From positions 64,001 through 128,000 of the IMG/VR virus record IMGVR_UViG_3300047200_000500: a stretch of DNA of 64,000 nt; one strand, written 5' to 3'. The notes beneath the pieces were generated by a model. That model did not search any database and was not told where the DNA came from. It saw nothing but the letters and a program-made list of their open reading frames with translations. Below are positions 1 to 10,519 of the stretch, in pieces. The translations under genes and the position numbers were made by a program. This DNA comes from a virus. Positions within the stretch are counted from its first letter, which is position 1; each line of letters starts with the position of its first letter.

Positions 1-2
1 CA

Positions 3-1145
3 ATTACTTCTGACGGTACAGCGAATCAATATGTCGATATATTAAAAAACAATGTTTTAGATGATCCAATCATTGTTCACATTGAAACTGGGTCAAGTTC
101 TACAGAATGGACTAGAATTGATTTCTTAGAAAAAGCTGATGCTAATTCTGAAGTTTTTGAAGTGACACATCTTGATGATCGTACAAGAGTCATGTTTGGC
201 GATAACAGTAATGGTAAGATACCAATTGATGGTCAATTAATAAGAATTAGTTATAGAATAGGTGGTGGAATAAGAGGGAGAATAGGTGGCAATACAATTA
301 ATGAGAGCAGGACTATAAGTGGTAGTCAATTTGCAGCTACTACTGTCTCATTTAACAATTCTTCTCCATCTCGTGGTGGATATGATGATGAAAACTTAGA
401 TGATGCGAAAAAACGCGCTCCAAGAGAATTTGCTACCCATAATAACATAGCGACTTCTGATGATTACGTATTTGTTTCATCTACATTTAAACACCCTGTA
501 TATGGTGCAGTTTCTAAATCTGTCGCAGTTGTCAGAACTGGTATCGAATATGGCAATCCGGCAGATGGAGACACTAATTTAGATTATGTCGTTCAACAAA
601 TACGTGCTGCTCCCACAGTTGAAGAAGCTAAGCAATATCTATTAGCAAATTACGTTAATAAAAATGTTGTTGACATGTTTTTATTACAAGAAGGTGACAA
701 TTTACCAATAATTCCAAGTATTGGACTTAAGACAGCGCTTAGTAATTATATTTCAACTCTTAATGTGTTTACAGATGAACTTAGAATTAATGATGGGTCA
801 CTCTTACCTGTTAATTTGGAATTAACTGTTGTATTAACAAGAAATGCTGATGCGGCAACAGTCAAAAGTCAGGTATTATTTGCTATAAATAATGTGTTTG
901 ATTTAACTAATAGAAATATGGGCCAAGAATTTAACAGAAGTGATCTAATATATGGAATAAAAAATGTTGATGGTGTTAAATCAGTTGACATGTTTAATCC
1001 TACTGATGATTACCCGCCACTTAGAAGAATTGTAACTAAAGATGAAAGGGCAGCTAATATTCAAGGAGTTGGCGTTAACGAATTAATAGTACTTGGTTCA
1101 CAAAATATCCAGTTTTATCTTGAACAAGGTAATATTAACATATAA
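3..1145 (+). CDS. gp6: Baseplate wedge protein, T4 gp6/baseplate J-like (5'-truncated by the window)
   Basis: Frame is open from position 3. Motifs 'VMFGDNSNGKIP', 'ISYRIGGGIRGRIG' and 'GGYDDENLDDAKKRAP...ATSDDY', plus a C-terminal 'SDLIYGIKNVDGVKSV', are typical of gp6/J wedge proteins. Confidence 0.85.
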   Translation: MTSDGTANQYVDILKNNVLDDPIIVHIETGSSSTEWTRIDFLEKADANSEVFEVTHLDDRTRVMFGDNSNGKIPIDGQLIRISYRIGGGIRGRIGGNTINESRTISGSQFAATTVSFNNSSPSRGGYDDENLDDAKKRAPREFATHNNIATSDDYVFVSSTFKHPVYGAVSKSVAVVRTGIEYGNPADGDTNLDYVVQQIRAAPTVEEAKQYLLANYVNKNVVDMFLLQEGDNLPIIPSIGLKTALSNYISTLNVFTDELRINDGSLLPVNLELTVVLTRNADAATVKSQVLFAINNVFDLTNRNMGQEFNRSDLIYGIKNVDGVKSVDMFNPTDDYPPLRRIVTKDERAANIQGVGVNELIVLGSQNIQFYLEQGNINI

Positions 1146-1146
1146 T

Positions 1147-1425
1147 ATGACCACATCATCAACATTTTGTCGTAAAGCTATTAATTTGAATTTTGTCCAT
1201 GCTAGGATTCCGCTGATAAAAAAAGATATTAAAAATACTGCCATGTATTCTGATGTTTTTCCAGTAATAAAGAATACTTATTTTAATGTTCATGCTGATG
1301 GAATATTTTCCGAGTTATTACACCTTGTTGATACTATCCCATGTTCTGATAATAATTTAATTGCACTTGGTGTTATTAATCAATACAATGATAGTCAGTC
1401 TAATATTTCAGACATTGATAATTAG
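1147..1425 (+). CDS. Hypothetical protein
   Basis: ATG at 1147 directly follows the gp6 stop and the ORF fills the gap to the next gene. Confidence 0.5.
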   Translation: MTTSSTFCRKAINLNFVHARIPLIKKDIKNTAMYSDVFPVIKNTYFNVHADGIFSELLHLVDTIPCSDNNLIALGVINQYNDSQSNISDIDN

Positions 1426-1442
1426 TATATCAAAAATAATTC

Positions 1443-2180
1443 ATGGCTATAATAGGACCATCTGAAGGGCCAGCAGTATTAAAAATTGATAGTAATCCTA
1501 TCAAAGCTGAAGTGTTGTCTCATTTTGGTCATCCTACTATTCGTGTTGAGTTGGATGAAACAGCACTTGAAATGATATTAAGAACAGCTGGTGATTTGAT
1601 GGCTGGCTATTTTCCATTTGAAGAAAAAAGAGCCTATTTTTATACAAAACCATTAGTTGATGAATATCCTCTTCCAAAAGATGCATATTGGATCAAGGAT
1701 GTAAAATGGGATCCATCAATAACAAGGGTTGGTGATATTTTTGGCGCTGAAAGTTATTTATTTAATGTAGGTAATGTAACAGGTATCCAGAATTTACTTC
1801 TTGATTATCACTTACTTCAATCATATCGTAAATTTAGCCAGAGAATGCTTGCAACTGAAGGTCAATGGGAAGTTAAAGGTGACAATTTAATTAAACTTGT
1901 TCCGATTCCTAGGGGTGCGTTTCCAGTATTTGTTGAATATTTTCCTGCAGTTAATCAATGGCGCACACCGGCAGCTAGAGAATTGACACGCAGACTTGTA
2001 ATAGCCGAAGCTTCAATGATATTAGGCAATATTAGAACTAAACGTGCTCTTCCATTACCTGATGGTGGAACATCTACTTTTGGTGGTGAAACGTTATTTG
2101 CTAAGGGATATGAAGAAAGAGAAAAGGTTTATAAAGAGGCATTACTACTTGGGGAGCCACCTGGCATATACGCTTTGTGA
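1443..2180 (+). CDS. gp13: Neck protein (head-tail adaptor), T4 gp13-like
   Basis: 'FGHPTIRVELDETALE' N-terminal motif and C-terminal 'LGNIRTK..LPLPDGGTSTFGGETLFAKG.EE...GEPPG' match the gp13 family. Confidence 0.8.
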   Translation: MAIIGPSEGPAVLKIDSNPIKAEVLSHFGHPTIRVELDETALEMILRTAGDLMAGYFPFEEKRAYFYTKPLVDEYPLPKDAYWIKDVKWDPSITRVGDIFGAESYLFNVGNVTGIQNLLLDYHLLQSYRKFSQRMLATEGQWEVKGDNLIKLVPIPRGAFPVFVEYFPAVNQWRTPAARELTRRLVIAEASMILGNIRTKRALPLPDGGTSTFGGETLFAKGYEEREKVYKEALLLGEPPGIYAL

Positions 2181-2227
2181 TTATTGATATTTAATGTTTC
2201 AAATTTAGTGTATATAAAAAATAAATT

Positions 2228-2677
2228 ATGGACACTAAATTATTAAGCAAATTAAATAAATGTGTTACTTATAATGACATATTATTACTATCTGAAGATT
2301 TGTACAGTAGTGGGATTTTAATCCAGAGAACTAATTCGAATAAAATCATTTTGTGCGTTGTAAATGAAAAAGGTAGGGTCAGCTGTAATAAAATATTTGA
2401 AGATTTTGTTCCATTGACATCATGTGGAAATGAAGGCGGAATGCTGCCAAATAAAATATTGTTAAATATTATAGAATTTGTTAATAATATCAAGGATGCG
2501 GTCAAAATAAATAATCAAATTATTAATGTAAATGCTATGTATGGAACATCTTTAAGTAGATTGTCAATAAATAATGAAGCAGAAAAATCAATGGTTGAAG
2601 AACTTAAAAATGCATTATTGATCGATGATGTTGATGCTATTTCAAGAAGTTGCAATGGTGAATATGATGAAATATAG
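2228..2677 (+). CDS. Hypothetical protein
   Basis: 149-aa ORF in the + strand operon. Confidence 0.55.
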   Translation: MDTKLLSKLNKCVTYNDILLLSEDLYSSGILIQRTNSNKIILCVVNEKGRVSCNKIFEDFVPLTSCGNEGGMLPNKILLNIIEFVNNIKDAVKINNQIINVNAMYGTSLSRLSINNEAEKSMVEELKNALLIDDVDAISRSCNGEYDEI

Positions 2678-3008
2678 ATTTACTGTTCCAAAGTCAAGAG
2701 GAATACCGCAATCTGCTGCTATAAATCCTGACACTACTGCGGTGATTACTAATGATTTGTTTTTACATTTACTGTTTGGTAGGATAGCTGCTTCTGATAA
2801 TAGCACACATGAACTTAATACCAAATATGATCCAGAAACTGATGTTTTATCATTAGAAATACCAGATGAATTTATTGATCTAATAGAAAAGATTAAAAAA
2901 GATCAGAAATTACAGAGATTTATCGATTGGTTGGTGTCAGGTTTAGCAGCAAGTTCTATTTCATATGATAATAGCACATCTGGATTAATTGCTCAAAATT
3001 TACAATAG
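2664..3008 (+). CDS. N-terminal part of a fibre/virion protein; reading frame breaks at about 3000
   Basis: Ends in 'AASSISYDNSTSGLIAQNLQ', a fibre-type repeat normally followed by xAIDE. The -1 frame is open from 2975 to 4168. Confidence 0.55.
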   Translation: MMKYRFTVPKSRGIPQSAAINPDTTAVITNDLFLHLLFGRIAASDNSTHELNTKYDPETDVLSLEIPDEFIDLIEKIKKDQKLQRFIDWLVSGLAASSISYDNSTSGLIAQNLQ

Positions 3009-4168
3009 CTCCTTTAGTAAATTATCAACTAACCGCTAATGAATACAGTTATGTAGTTGTCAATTATAATAATGGGATTCCAATATATCAGGTTGTCACT
3101 AATAACACATTAATAAATCATGCAGATATTATTGCTGTTTGTAATGTCATATGGGAATCTGTTGGATTAATTAATGAAGCACACATATTTAATGTTGGAG
3201 AATATGGCCTAGGTTTAACAAATAAAGTAAGTCATAGATTAATTCATACTGAAAGATTTGGATATCAAAATGGTTTGATGCTTGAAGAAATACCAACAAG
3301 ATATATTACTATTGATGATGGCACTATTTGGTATGATGGTGAAGAAATCGTTCTTTCTCCTATAGATACATCAGCTACTAATTATCATCTTTATTATCAT
3401 TCTGCTCCAAATGTTTGGACAGCGGAACATAGAAGTCAGTATCCAAACACTGAGTATGATGATAACACTGGTGGATTAAAGACACTGGATAATAATAAAT
3501 GGGGTGTTATTTGGGTTTATCGTGGCATCACAGGCAGTGATGTTTATGTTGTTCTTGGTGGAGCAAGCTACAATCATCTTCTTGATGTCCAGTCAACTCA
3601 ACCACCAGCGAGTTTACCATCTGTAATTGCAAAACAAGCTGTGCTTGTTGGTAGAATTATTATTAAAAAGAGTGATACTACAGCCACTCAGATAGACTCA
3701 TCTTTTAGTGTTATTTTCACTCCATCCGGTGTTATATCACATAACGATTTATCTGATATTCAAGGTGGTACAACTAATCAATATTACCATTTAACAAATC
3801 GACAGGCAACTGGATTAATCACTAAAACTGTTACGTTTGTGATCGATGGTGGAAGTTCAGTTCCTTTAATTGGAGCATATGCATCTATAGTTATTCCATT
3901 TGCTGGAACTATAACTGGATGGAAGATTGTCTTAGATGTGTCTGGGTCTTGTGTGTTAGATCTCTGGAAACTCAATGCAGCTAAACCAACTATTGCTAAT
4001 ACTATTACGGCAGCGGCAAAACCAACATTGGTTACTTCAGCATATGTTGCATCGTCTACGTTAACTGGTTGGACAACGGCAGTGGTGGTGAATGACATCA
4101 TGACAATAAATTTAGATTCAGTAACCACTTGCAAGAGAATAACATTGCAATTGGAGATTGCAATCTAA
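2996..4168 (+). CDS. Fibre/virion structural protein, C-terminal part (frame open about 90 codons upstream of the ORF-track start at 3275)
   Basis: Protein-like sequence 'FTIAPLVNYQLTANEYSYVVVNYNNGIPIY' has no start codon. It contains 'HNDLSDIQGGTTNQYYHLT' and a C-terminal beta domain 'FVIDGG...PFAGTITGW...SGSCVLDLWK' seen in phage fibres. Confidence 0.7.
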   Translation, partial: KFTIAPLVNYQLTANEYSYVVVNYNNGIPIYQVVTNNTLINHADIIAVCNVIWESVGLINEAHIFNVGEYGLGLTNKVSHRLIHTERFGYQNGLMLEEIPTRYITIDDGTIWYDGEEIVLSPIDTSATNYHLYYHSAPNVWTAEHRSQYPNTEYDDNTGGLKTLDNNKWGVIWVYRGITGSDVYVVLGGASYNHLLDVQSTQPPASLPSVIAKQAVLVGRIIIKKSDTTATQIDSSFSVIFTPSGVISHNDLSDIQGGTTNQYYHLTNRQATGLITKTVTFVIDGGSSVPLIGAYASIVIPFAGTITGWKIVLDVSGSCVLDLWKLNAAKPTIANTITAAAKPTLVTSAYVASSTLTGWTTAVVVNDIMTINLDSVTTCKRITLQLEIAI

Positions 4169-4362
4169 TGCCTCTTCCATCTCAATTACTAGAAGGAGTT
4201 GCACAGTTAGTAAGAGAATGTTGCAACGAACAAAATAACTACACCCACTATGAAATGGTGACTATAGGTGAATTCAACTACAAAGTTTGTATAAAATTAT
4301 ATGATGTAGATGATGAAAAAGATGCAAAGATTACTTCTATTACCGTAAAAAGAGAAGATTGA
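4168..4362 (+). CDS. Small hypothetical protein (MPLPSQLLEG...)
   Basis: TAATG overlap with the upstream stop; ends 3 nt before the next ATG. Confidence 0.55.
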   Translation: MPLPSQLLEGVAQLVRECCNEQNNYTHYEMVTIGEFNYKVCIKLYDVDDEKDAKITSITVKRED

Positions 4363-4365
4363 TTT

Positions 4366-7300
4366 ATGCCAGATTTTAAAACTTTAGTTTATTCCTTGAC
4401 TAAAGATGCCTCTTTAGGCAATTTTCAATTTTTATCTTCGTCAAATACCGCTTCTGATATTTTATTAAATAATGGTGCTAATTGGAGTAATCAGACCGCT
4501 AATATTACACCGCAATCAAGTGTTGCTGTTAATATATTAAATATAGCTGGAATAAATTATGGTGCTGTAGGTGCTGTATGGTATTTTGGGTCAACTGCGA
4601 AGTTCGATACTTTAGATATTCAATTCTCTAATAATACAAGCACGAACGCAACAAGAACAACTACTTGGGAATACTGGAATGGTTCAGTGTGGACTGTAAT
4701 GGATCAGACGGGTTCTACAGCAAGAGTAACTGCTTCGACAGGTGCATTTGCAATATCTAACGCTACAATTATTCAACTTAAATTTCATCCTGATATTTAC
4801 AATAATTGGTTAACAACAACAGTTAATGGTGGATCTGCACTTTACTATATAAGATGCACAATAGGAGTCGCGGCTTTTACAACAGCAGCATTTAGTAATA
4901 TAAGCATTTGGGACCATTATACTAATTTCGGTTTCAATAACTTTGATAAAGTCTACACAACAGTTGATGATGTTGCATTTACTGATGTAACTCTTGTCGC
5001 TCGATCTACTACAACTGGTGCTTTTACTTTTATTTCTAATACAACCAATGCCCGTTTTTATATTGGATTGGATAGCGATAATCTATCTGGATTTAGAGTT
5101 ACACTTTCAACAGCAGGAACTACCGGAACTGGAATTTACGAATATTGGAATGGATCAACATGGACTGCTCTTTCGTATGAGTGGTTTGGACTTTTAACGA
5201 CTGGTAATGCTGATCTTGTAAATTTAAAGACTACTAGTTCTGGATTCATAATATTTAAAGGTTCTCCTGCTGGATGGGTTACTTCTGCTGTAGATGGAGT
5301 CACGAAGTATTGGATTCGCTATAGAGTAACTCTTGCTTATGTTACTCAACCAATATTTAGTTCTTTGATTGCATTTAAAGACAGAACGCTAACAAGAACA
5401 GTATATATTCCAGAAACTTCAAATAGAAGTTTCAAAAGCGTTTTTGCTAAGATTCATTTTTATAATCCACTTACAACATCATTAGGAAGATTCATTATCC
5501 AAGGTAGACTTGGAAGTGGATCGTATATTCCTGCTACTATAGGGACATCTAATGCACCTACCGGGACATTCTCTTCAGTAGATGGGAAACTATTTTCAAC
5601 TACATCAAATGATGCTGTGTTTACTGATGAAACTTCAGATGCCTCCACATCAGGTGGTAACGATGTTACTGTAACTAATACAGTTAATTCTAATATATAT
5701 TTTGGTTTTCCAAATGATGTAAAGTGGAAGAATAATGTAATTTCATTGGCTATAACTCCGAATAATCTTTTTGATGGTGGCGTTGTTATTTGGGAATATT
5801 GGAATGGATCATCTTGGACTGCATTCACTCCAATTGTAGTTAATGCTGACATTAGTTTAAATCAAAAGGCCAATACAGTTATCAATGTTCAGATTCCATT
5901 AATTTCAAATTGGGTATCAAATACTGTAAATTCATTTACTGGTTACTTCATTCGCAGAAGAATTACAACAATTTATTCAACTGCTACTACATGGAGTAGA
6001 GTTAGTTTTAATTTACCAATAACGAATGAAACTCAGTGGACAAACACTGGTGAAAATAATTCAAATGGACTTCTTGTTGACTTAACTTCTCTATTTACAA
6101 GTCAGTTTTCTGGAGTATCACAACAACTTGATTTAAAAGTCGCTATGGAATCCGTAAATGGTATTCTAGGTGACTTTCCTATTATGTCTGGTGAGTTATA
6201 TATTACTTATGCTGCTGATAATCAAATAACTAGAATAAAAACAGTTATTATTCCATTAGACTCATCGGCATCAGTTCTAACAGGAACTCTTACAAGTATT
6301 GGAAGCAATCAGATTCCACAGCTTTCAACTTATCTTCCTGAAGCATTAAAGACCATAAGAAACTTCTATATAGTCTTTACTGGTGAAGATTGCTGTTCAG
6401 TTGGTTTATCTACAGAATTTGCCATGAGACTTGATAGTGATGCGGCAAGATATACATGGGGACAGTTTTCCAGCGGATTAACTGGAAACTTAGTGAAGTA
6501 TATCTTTACTAAAGATGATATAGCAACCGGTTCGACTCATGATATTCAAATGGCTATTACTGCACGCAATACTAGCGTAAAGAATTGGCAGATGTATGCA
6601 GTAGTTACTTATGAATATGATTCATTTGCGACAGAAAGAGTTATAAACTCATTAATGTTGCCATTTGAAACTTCAAGCACTTTCTTATCTCAAGATAATC
6701 CTTTGCTCCCAGAAAAGGTTAGAAAGAGTTTCTACATTCAAGAGCCTGGAATAATTGACAATGAAAGAATAGGATGCTACCTATCCTTTACTGATTTAGC
6801 TAATCCATTCCTAAATATAAAGGAAATGAATGAAGCTAATTTCACAGCGGTTTCTTGGATTGCACCATCAACAACTTGCGGTGGTTTCAGGTACTCTTGG
6901 AGACTTCCATCTCAGAATTTATCAAGAGGATTAAATACCATTGGCGTTGATATGTATGGGAACGCTAAGGCATCAGCAGAGCCTTCTTGTGCTTATACTT
7001 GTGGTTATTTTTTAGTAAATTATCGATCTGATATAGCTACAACAGGAATTGAATCACACAACAAGATGATCATGTGCATGGCAGCTGTCCAGAATATGAA
7101 TATTAGAGCTAACAGAGGTAATAATAATTTAACTAATCCATTTACAAATTGGTTTTTAAATGACTTTGGATTAATTGGTGAATTCTATCAAGTGACTAAT
7201 CCGAATACTTCAGTATCTATTGATAATAGATTCTCTATAGAGAACACAGTAAATACTCTTAATACGAGAGCTATTCTTGGCATTGGGGGTGGATTGCAGG

Positions 7301-7758
7301 ATTTGGAATCTCTTATGTATGATTCTATCATTAGTGATAGAGACTTAATAAAGAAATACCCTGGCGATATTCATGACCATAGAGTTGTTGATTTGTTCGC
7401 TGGCGGCAACTGGTTCATTGGCTATGGATATTTCTCAACAATAGGTGGAATGTATACCGTAGCCGCTTGTCATGAGATATATTATAATATAACTGGAAGT
7501 GTTGTTGGGTACTCTGGAGATGGATCTGGATTAACGGTTTCATTTTATGATAAAATAACATCAGATCTCTTATTCTCAGTTACAACAGTAATTGGTGGAA
7601 CATTTTCAGCAGTTTGGTATGATAACACAAGAGACATTGTATGTGATGTATACGATACTGGCTTAAATAAATATGCAAAAAGTCCACCTGGATTAGCTGG
7701 AGTTGCACCATTTGTTTGTAATTTGAACAGCGGCACTACTTCGTATGCATTTTTATAA
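4366..7758 (+). CDS. Large S/T/N-rich virion protein (fibre or receptor-binding-like) with three tandem beta domains
   Basis: 1130 aa; three repeats of '(W/Y)EYWNGSxWT...(Y/F)(Y/W/F)IR'; lies among neck and tail genes. Confidence 0.7.
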   Translation: MPDFKTLVYSLTKDASLGNFQFLSSSNTASDILLNNGANWSNQTANITPQSSVAVNILNIAGINYGAVGAVWYFGSTAKFDTLDIQFSNNTSTNATRTTTWEYWNGSVWTVMDQTGSTARVTASTGAFAISNATIIQLKFHPDIYNNWLTTTVNGGSALYYIRCTIGVAAFTTAAFSNISIWDHYTNFGFNNFDKVYTTVDDVAFTDVTLVARSTTTGAFTFISNTTNARFYIGLDSDNLSGFRVTLSTAGTTGTGIYEYWNGSTWTALSYEWFGLLTTGNADLVNLKTTSSGFIIFKGSPAGWVTSAVDGVTKYWIRYRVTLAYVTQPIFSSLIAFKDRTLTRTVYIPETSNRSFKSVFAKIHFYNPLTTSLGRFIIQGRLGSGSYIPATIGTSNAPTGTFSSVDGKLFSTTSNDAVFTDETSDASTSGGNDVTVTNTVNSNIYFGFPNDVKWKNNVISLAITPNNLFDGGVVIWEYWNGSSWTAFTPIVVNADISLNQKANTVINVQIPLISNWVSNTVNSFTGYFIRRRITTIYSTATTWSRVSFNLPITNETQWTNTGENNSNGLLVDLTSLFTSQFSGVSQQLDLKVAMESVNGILGDFPIMSGELYITYAADNQITRIKTVIIPLDSSASVLTGTLTSIGSNQIPQLSTYLPEALKTIRNFYIVFTGEDCCSVGLSTEFAMRLDSDAARYTWGQFSSGLTGNLVKYIFTKDDIATGSTHDIQMAITARNTSVKNWQMYAVVTYEYDSFATERVINSLMLPFETSSTFLSQDNPLLPEKVRKSFYIQEPGIIDNERIGCYLSFTDLANPFLNIKEMNEANFTAVSWIAPSTTCGGFRYSWRLPSQNLSRGLNTIGVDMYGNAKASAEPSCAYTCGYFLVNYRSDIATTGIESHNKMIMCMAAVQNMNIRANRGNNNLTNPFTNWFLNDFGLIGEFYQVTNPNTSVSIDNRFSIENTVNTLNTRAILGIGGGLQDLESLMYDSIISDRDLIKKYPGDIHDHRVVDLFAGGNWFIGYGYFSTIGGMYTVAACHEIYYNITGSVVGYSGDGSGLTVSFYDKITSDLLFSVTTVIGGTFSAVWYDNTRDIVCDVYDTGLNKYAKSPPGLAGVAPFVCNLNSGTTSYAFL

Positions 7759-7790
7759 AATGCTCAATCCACACTAATAAAATTTAATTT

Positions 7791-8204
7791 ATGGCGGTAA
7801 TTATTAAAAATAAGCTTTTAGTTATAGGGAATAATGTATTAGTCCCAGGCCATGAACCATTGTCTGAACAAACAACCAACAATTTAACTATAGCATTACA
7901 AGGTATCAATTCTTTTCTTCCAACTAGTGTTGCTTTGAATTTAATTCCAGGATCTAGAGTGGTAAAAGATCAGCTTAATTTTGGAACATATGGAAGTGGG
8001 AAATATTTTGAATTGCCTAGTGGCCCACCACCTGATGGTTCATGTCCAACAAAATGCATAGAAGATTGGTACAAAATTTTAAGAGATGCAGCTAGAATTG
8101 CCACTAGTGAATATAATGGATCAGATGAATGTGATTCATATAATACAGATTCGTGTGATACTAATGACTATTTTGCTGACTTAGATCCAGCGAAGAGGCC
8201 ATAA
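7791..8204 (+). CDS. Hypothetical, probably structural protein with Cys/Asp-rich C-terminus
   Basis: 137 aa, coupled by TAATG to the gp14-like gene. Confidence 0.6.
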   Translation: MAVIIKNKLLVIGNNVLVPGHEPLSEQTTNNLTIALQGINSFLPTSVALNLIPGSRVVKDQLNFGTYGSGKYFELPSGPPPDGSCPTKCIEDWYKILRDAARIATSEYNGSDECDSYNTDSCDTNDYFADLDPAKRP

Positions 8205-8815
8205 TGCCAAACAGCAGATTTGATTTTGATGACGAATTGCAACAAGCATATTCTTCGTTGCAAAATGCTAATGATCATCGTACTGATGCTCAAAAAGATA
8301 ACAGCAAAGTTGCTGTTTATGATCATAGTAATCCAGAAATTGCCAATATGGAAATGGAGGCATTAAATTTGGTTCAAGATTCTGGTGCTCCTACTTTAAT
8401 TTATCTTCGTTCTGATGATACTGGACAGACTGATGAGACTTATAATGAAACATCAAATCCGATTTATTTGCCGCCAGTTTTAGTAAAGGCAATGTATAAA
8501 CCAGAAAGCATTACATTGGTTAAAGTAAAATGGGGAATTGATGCTGATGCAAAGTTTAAAATTCATTATTCGCGTGCATATCTTCTTGGACTGTTTGGAT
8601 CTAGACTGATAAGAAATGGTGATATCATTTCTGTACCTCATAATACTCTTATACAAACACAGGCTACTGAATTTTTAGAAGGGAAAATCAATCGTCTTGA
8701 TAAATTTAGAGTTGTGCATGCTCAAGATACTGGAAATTTTAATTTTAGATGGTTATATTGGACTTGCGATGTTGAGCCATTAAGTGGCGATATTGCAATA
8801 AGGCCATCAACTTAA
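8204..8815 (+). CDS. gp14: Neck/head-closure protein, T4 gp14-like
   Basis: 'DETYNE...KWGID...F.IHYSR...RLIRNGDII.VP' pattern and position before the tail terminator. Confidence 0.7.
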   Translation: MPNSRFDFDDELQQAYSSLQNANDHRTDAQKDNSKVAVYDHSNPEIANMEMEALNLVQDSGAPTLIYLRSDDTGQTDETYNETSNPIYLPPVLVKAMYKPESITLVKVKWGIDADAKFKIHYSRAYLLGLFGSRLIRNGDIISVPHNTLIQTQATEFLEGKINRLDKFRVVHAQDTGNFNFRWLYWTCDVEPLSGDIAIRPST

Positions 8816-9069
8816 TGTCCACAACATCAAACTGGAATGATGTTAGGCAGGGTGTCATCAATGCGATGGCTTCTCATCAAAATAATTTTAAAACCAAAGC
8901 TTTAGCTAGTGTAAAAAACAAGCTTGATGCAAAGGGTATTAATTCGTCTGTAAATGGTAATTCGGTTGAAGCAACGGCTTCTTCTGCTGCTGAATATGGT
9001 ATTGGTAAGGTTTATTTTGATGAGGTGTTCAAAGATATTAATAACCAATCATGGGTTGATAGCATATGA
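8815..9069 (+). CDS. Small hypothetical neck-region protein
   Basis: 84 aa, translationally coupled on both sides; contains 'AEYG'. Confidence 0.55.
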   Translation: MSTTSNWNDVRQGVINAMASHQNNFKTKALASVKNKLDAKGINSSVNGNSVEATASSAAEYGIGKVYFDEVFKDINNQSWVDSI

Positions 9070-9992
9070 CTATTCATCAGTTTAATTTTAATCAAGGCCA
9101 AGAAAAGTTGGATCAATTTATACCAATTACTTCAAATAATGAAAATGAATCAACTAAACCACTTGGTTCTCCTGTTGGTAATGATGACAGAGATGATCTA
9201 TACTATGGTAAAGACGAACCTCAATTAGCTAGTAATTTTGTAGATGACCCTATTGATATAAACTTTGTTGAAGAAGTAAGAGAATTAAATGAACCAGGAT
9301 TTCATTTTATTGATGCCGCAATTAAAAATTATTTTAGTGGTATAAGAATACCAGTTAATAAAGGAACAGAAAAGTATAGAATGATGGGTGTCAAAATTTC
9401 TGGTGGAGAAGCGTCAACATTAATAATGTCTGATAAGGATATAAGGGGTGGAAGATTATCATTACCTATAATGTCCATCACTAGAACTGGAGAAAATCCA
9501 GATCCAAAAAGATATTCTCCTGCTCTTCTTCCTATTAATAGAAGATATCGCAATAATGGAAGAAGAGTGGAATTAATATATAGACCAGTCCCTTATTTGC
9601 TTGATTATGCATTAGAAATTTGGACAGAATTTAAAAGCGATGCTGAACACGCTATTTATTCGATACATTCAAGATTTAATCCATTAGCGTCATTTCATTT
9701 AAATGACGCAACTGGAACTACTTTCGAATTAATAATGAAATTGATGAGCAGTTCTGATAGTAGTGACTTGGAAGCAGATTCGACTACTCATGCTAAAATA
9801 AAAAAGACAATCAATATTCAAGTAGAAGGTTGGGTACCGTTACCAACCAAAATTGTTCCAACTATTCTTTCTAATCCTATTTCGATTAAAGAAGGAATTG
9901 GCATACTGGGCGGCAATAACCTAACATTGTCAAATGATGGCCAAATTCGATATGGTGGTGAAACGTACTTAGTAGAAAGAGACAAAGGATAA
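9066..9992 (+). CDS. gp15: Tail sheath stabiliser/terminator, T4 gp15-like
   Basis: 'LPIMSITRTGENPDPKR', 'PVPYLLDYALEIWT' and 'TINIQVEGW' are gp15-family motifs. Confidence 0.8.
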   Translation: MTIHQFNFNQGQEKLDQFIPITSNNENESTKPLGSPVGNDDRDDLYYGKDEPQLASNFVDDPIDINFVEEVRELNEPGFHFIDAAIKNYFSGIRIPVNKGTEKYRMMGVKISGGEASTLIMSDKDIRGGRLSLPIMSITRTGENPDPKRYSPALLPINRRYRNNGRRVELIYRPVPYLLDYALEIWTEFKSDAEHAIYSIHSRFNPLASFHLNDATGTTFELIMKLMSSSDSSDLEADSTTHAKIKKTINIQVEGWVPLPTKIVPTILSNPISIKEGIGILGGNNLTLSNDGQIRYGGETYLVERDKG

Positions 9993-9995
9993 AAG

Positions 9996-10394
9996 ATGAC
10001 TGACATGGCAACTCCTACTAAAAATCCTCTTTCTATTAGAGAAATTCGTAAGATTAAGAATGATAAACGTCAATTAGAAGTTGATAAATTGAGAATATAT
10101 AATATAACAAGATTACAAACTATAAATATCCAGATGTATGGCAAGACTTCCAGGTTGGTTCCATATCAGCAGTCAATACAAATTGCTCCGGGACGCCATG
10201 TTGATATTCCAACATCAAGACTGATGAATGAACAAATAACAAATTTAAGAAGAAGTGGTTTTATTCGTACAGTTAAAGTAAATTCTAAAGATCAAAAGAT
10301 TGAATTAAAGAATGATAGTGATAACAAAGAGGCTTTATCTAATATTCCAGATAAAGTAAAACCAAATAAGTTAAAGAATAATAAGAAGTCATAA
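9996..10394 (+). CDS. Hypothetical basic protein upstream of the sheath gene
   Basis: 132 aa, AAGGA SD, followed by a terminator hairpin. Confidence 0.6.
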   Translation: MTDMATPTKNPLSIREIRKIKNDKRQLEVDKLRIYNITRLQTINIQMYGKTSRLVPYQQSIQIAPGRHVDIPTSRLMNEQITNLRRSGFIRTVKVNSKDQKIELKNDSDNKEALSNIPDKVKPNKLKNNKKS

Positions 10395-10417
10395 ATAATC
10401 TTGTTAAAGCTTTAAGT

Positions 10418-10451
10418 GCAGCCCTGGCAATAACCAGGGCTGTGTCGTTTG
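10418..10451 (+). terminator. Putative intrinsic terminator
   Basis: GCAGCCCTGG-caataa-CCAGGGCTGT hairpin with a weak T tract. Confidence 0.6.
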
Positions 10452-10519
10452 TAATGTTCTCTGACAAAAATATTCATGGCAAAGATACATTAACTTAATC
10501 AGACCAACCGGAGTAAATA

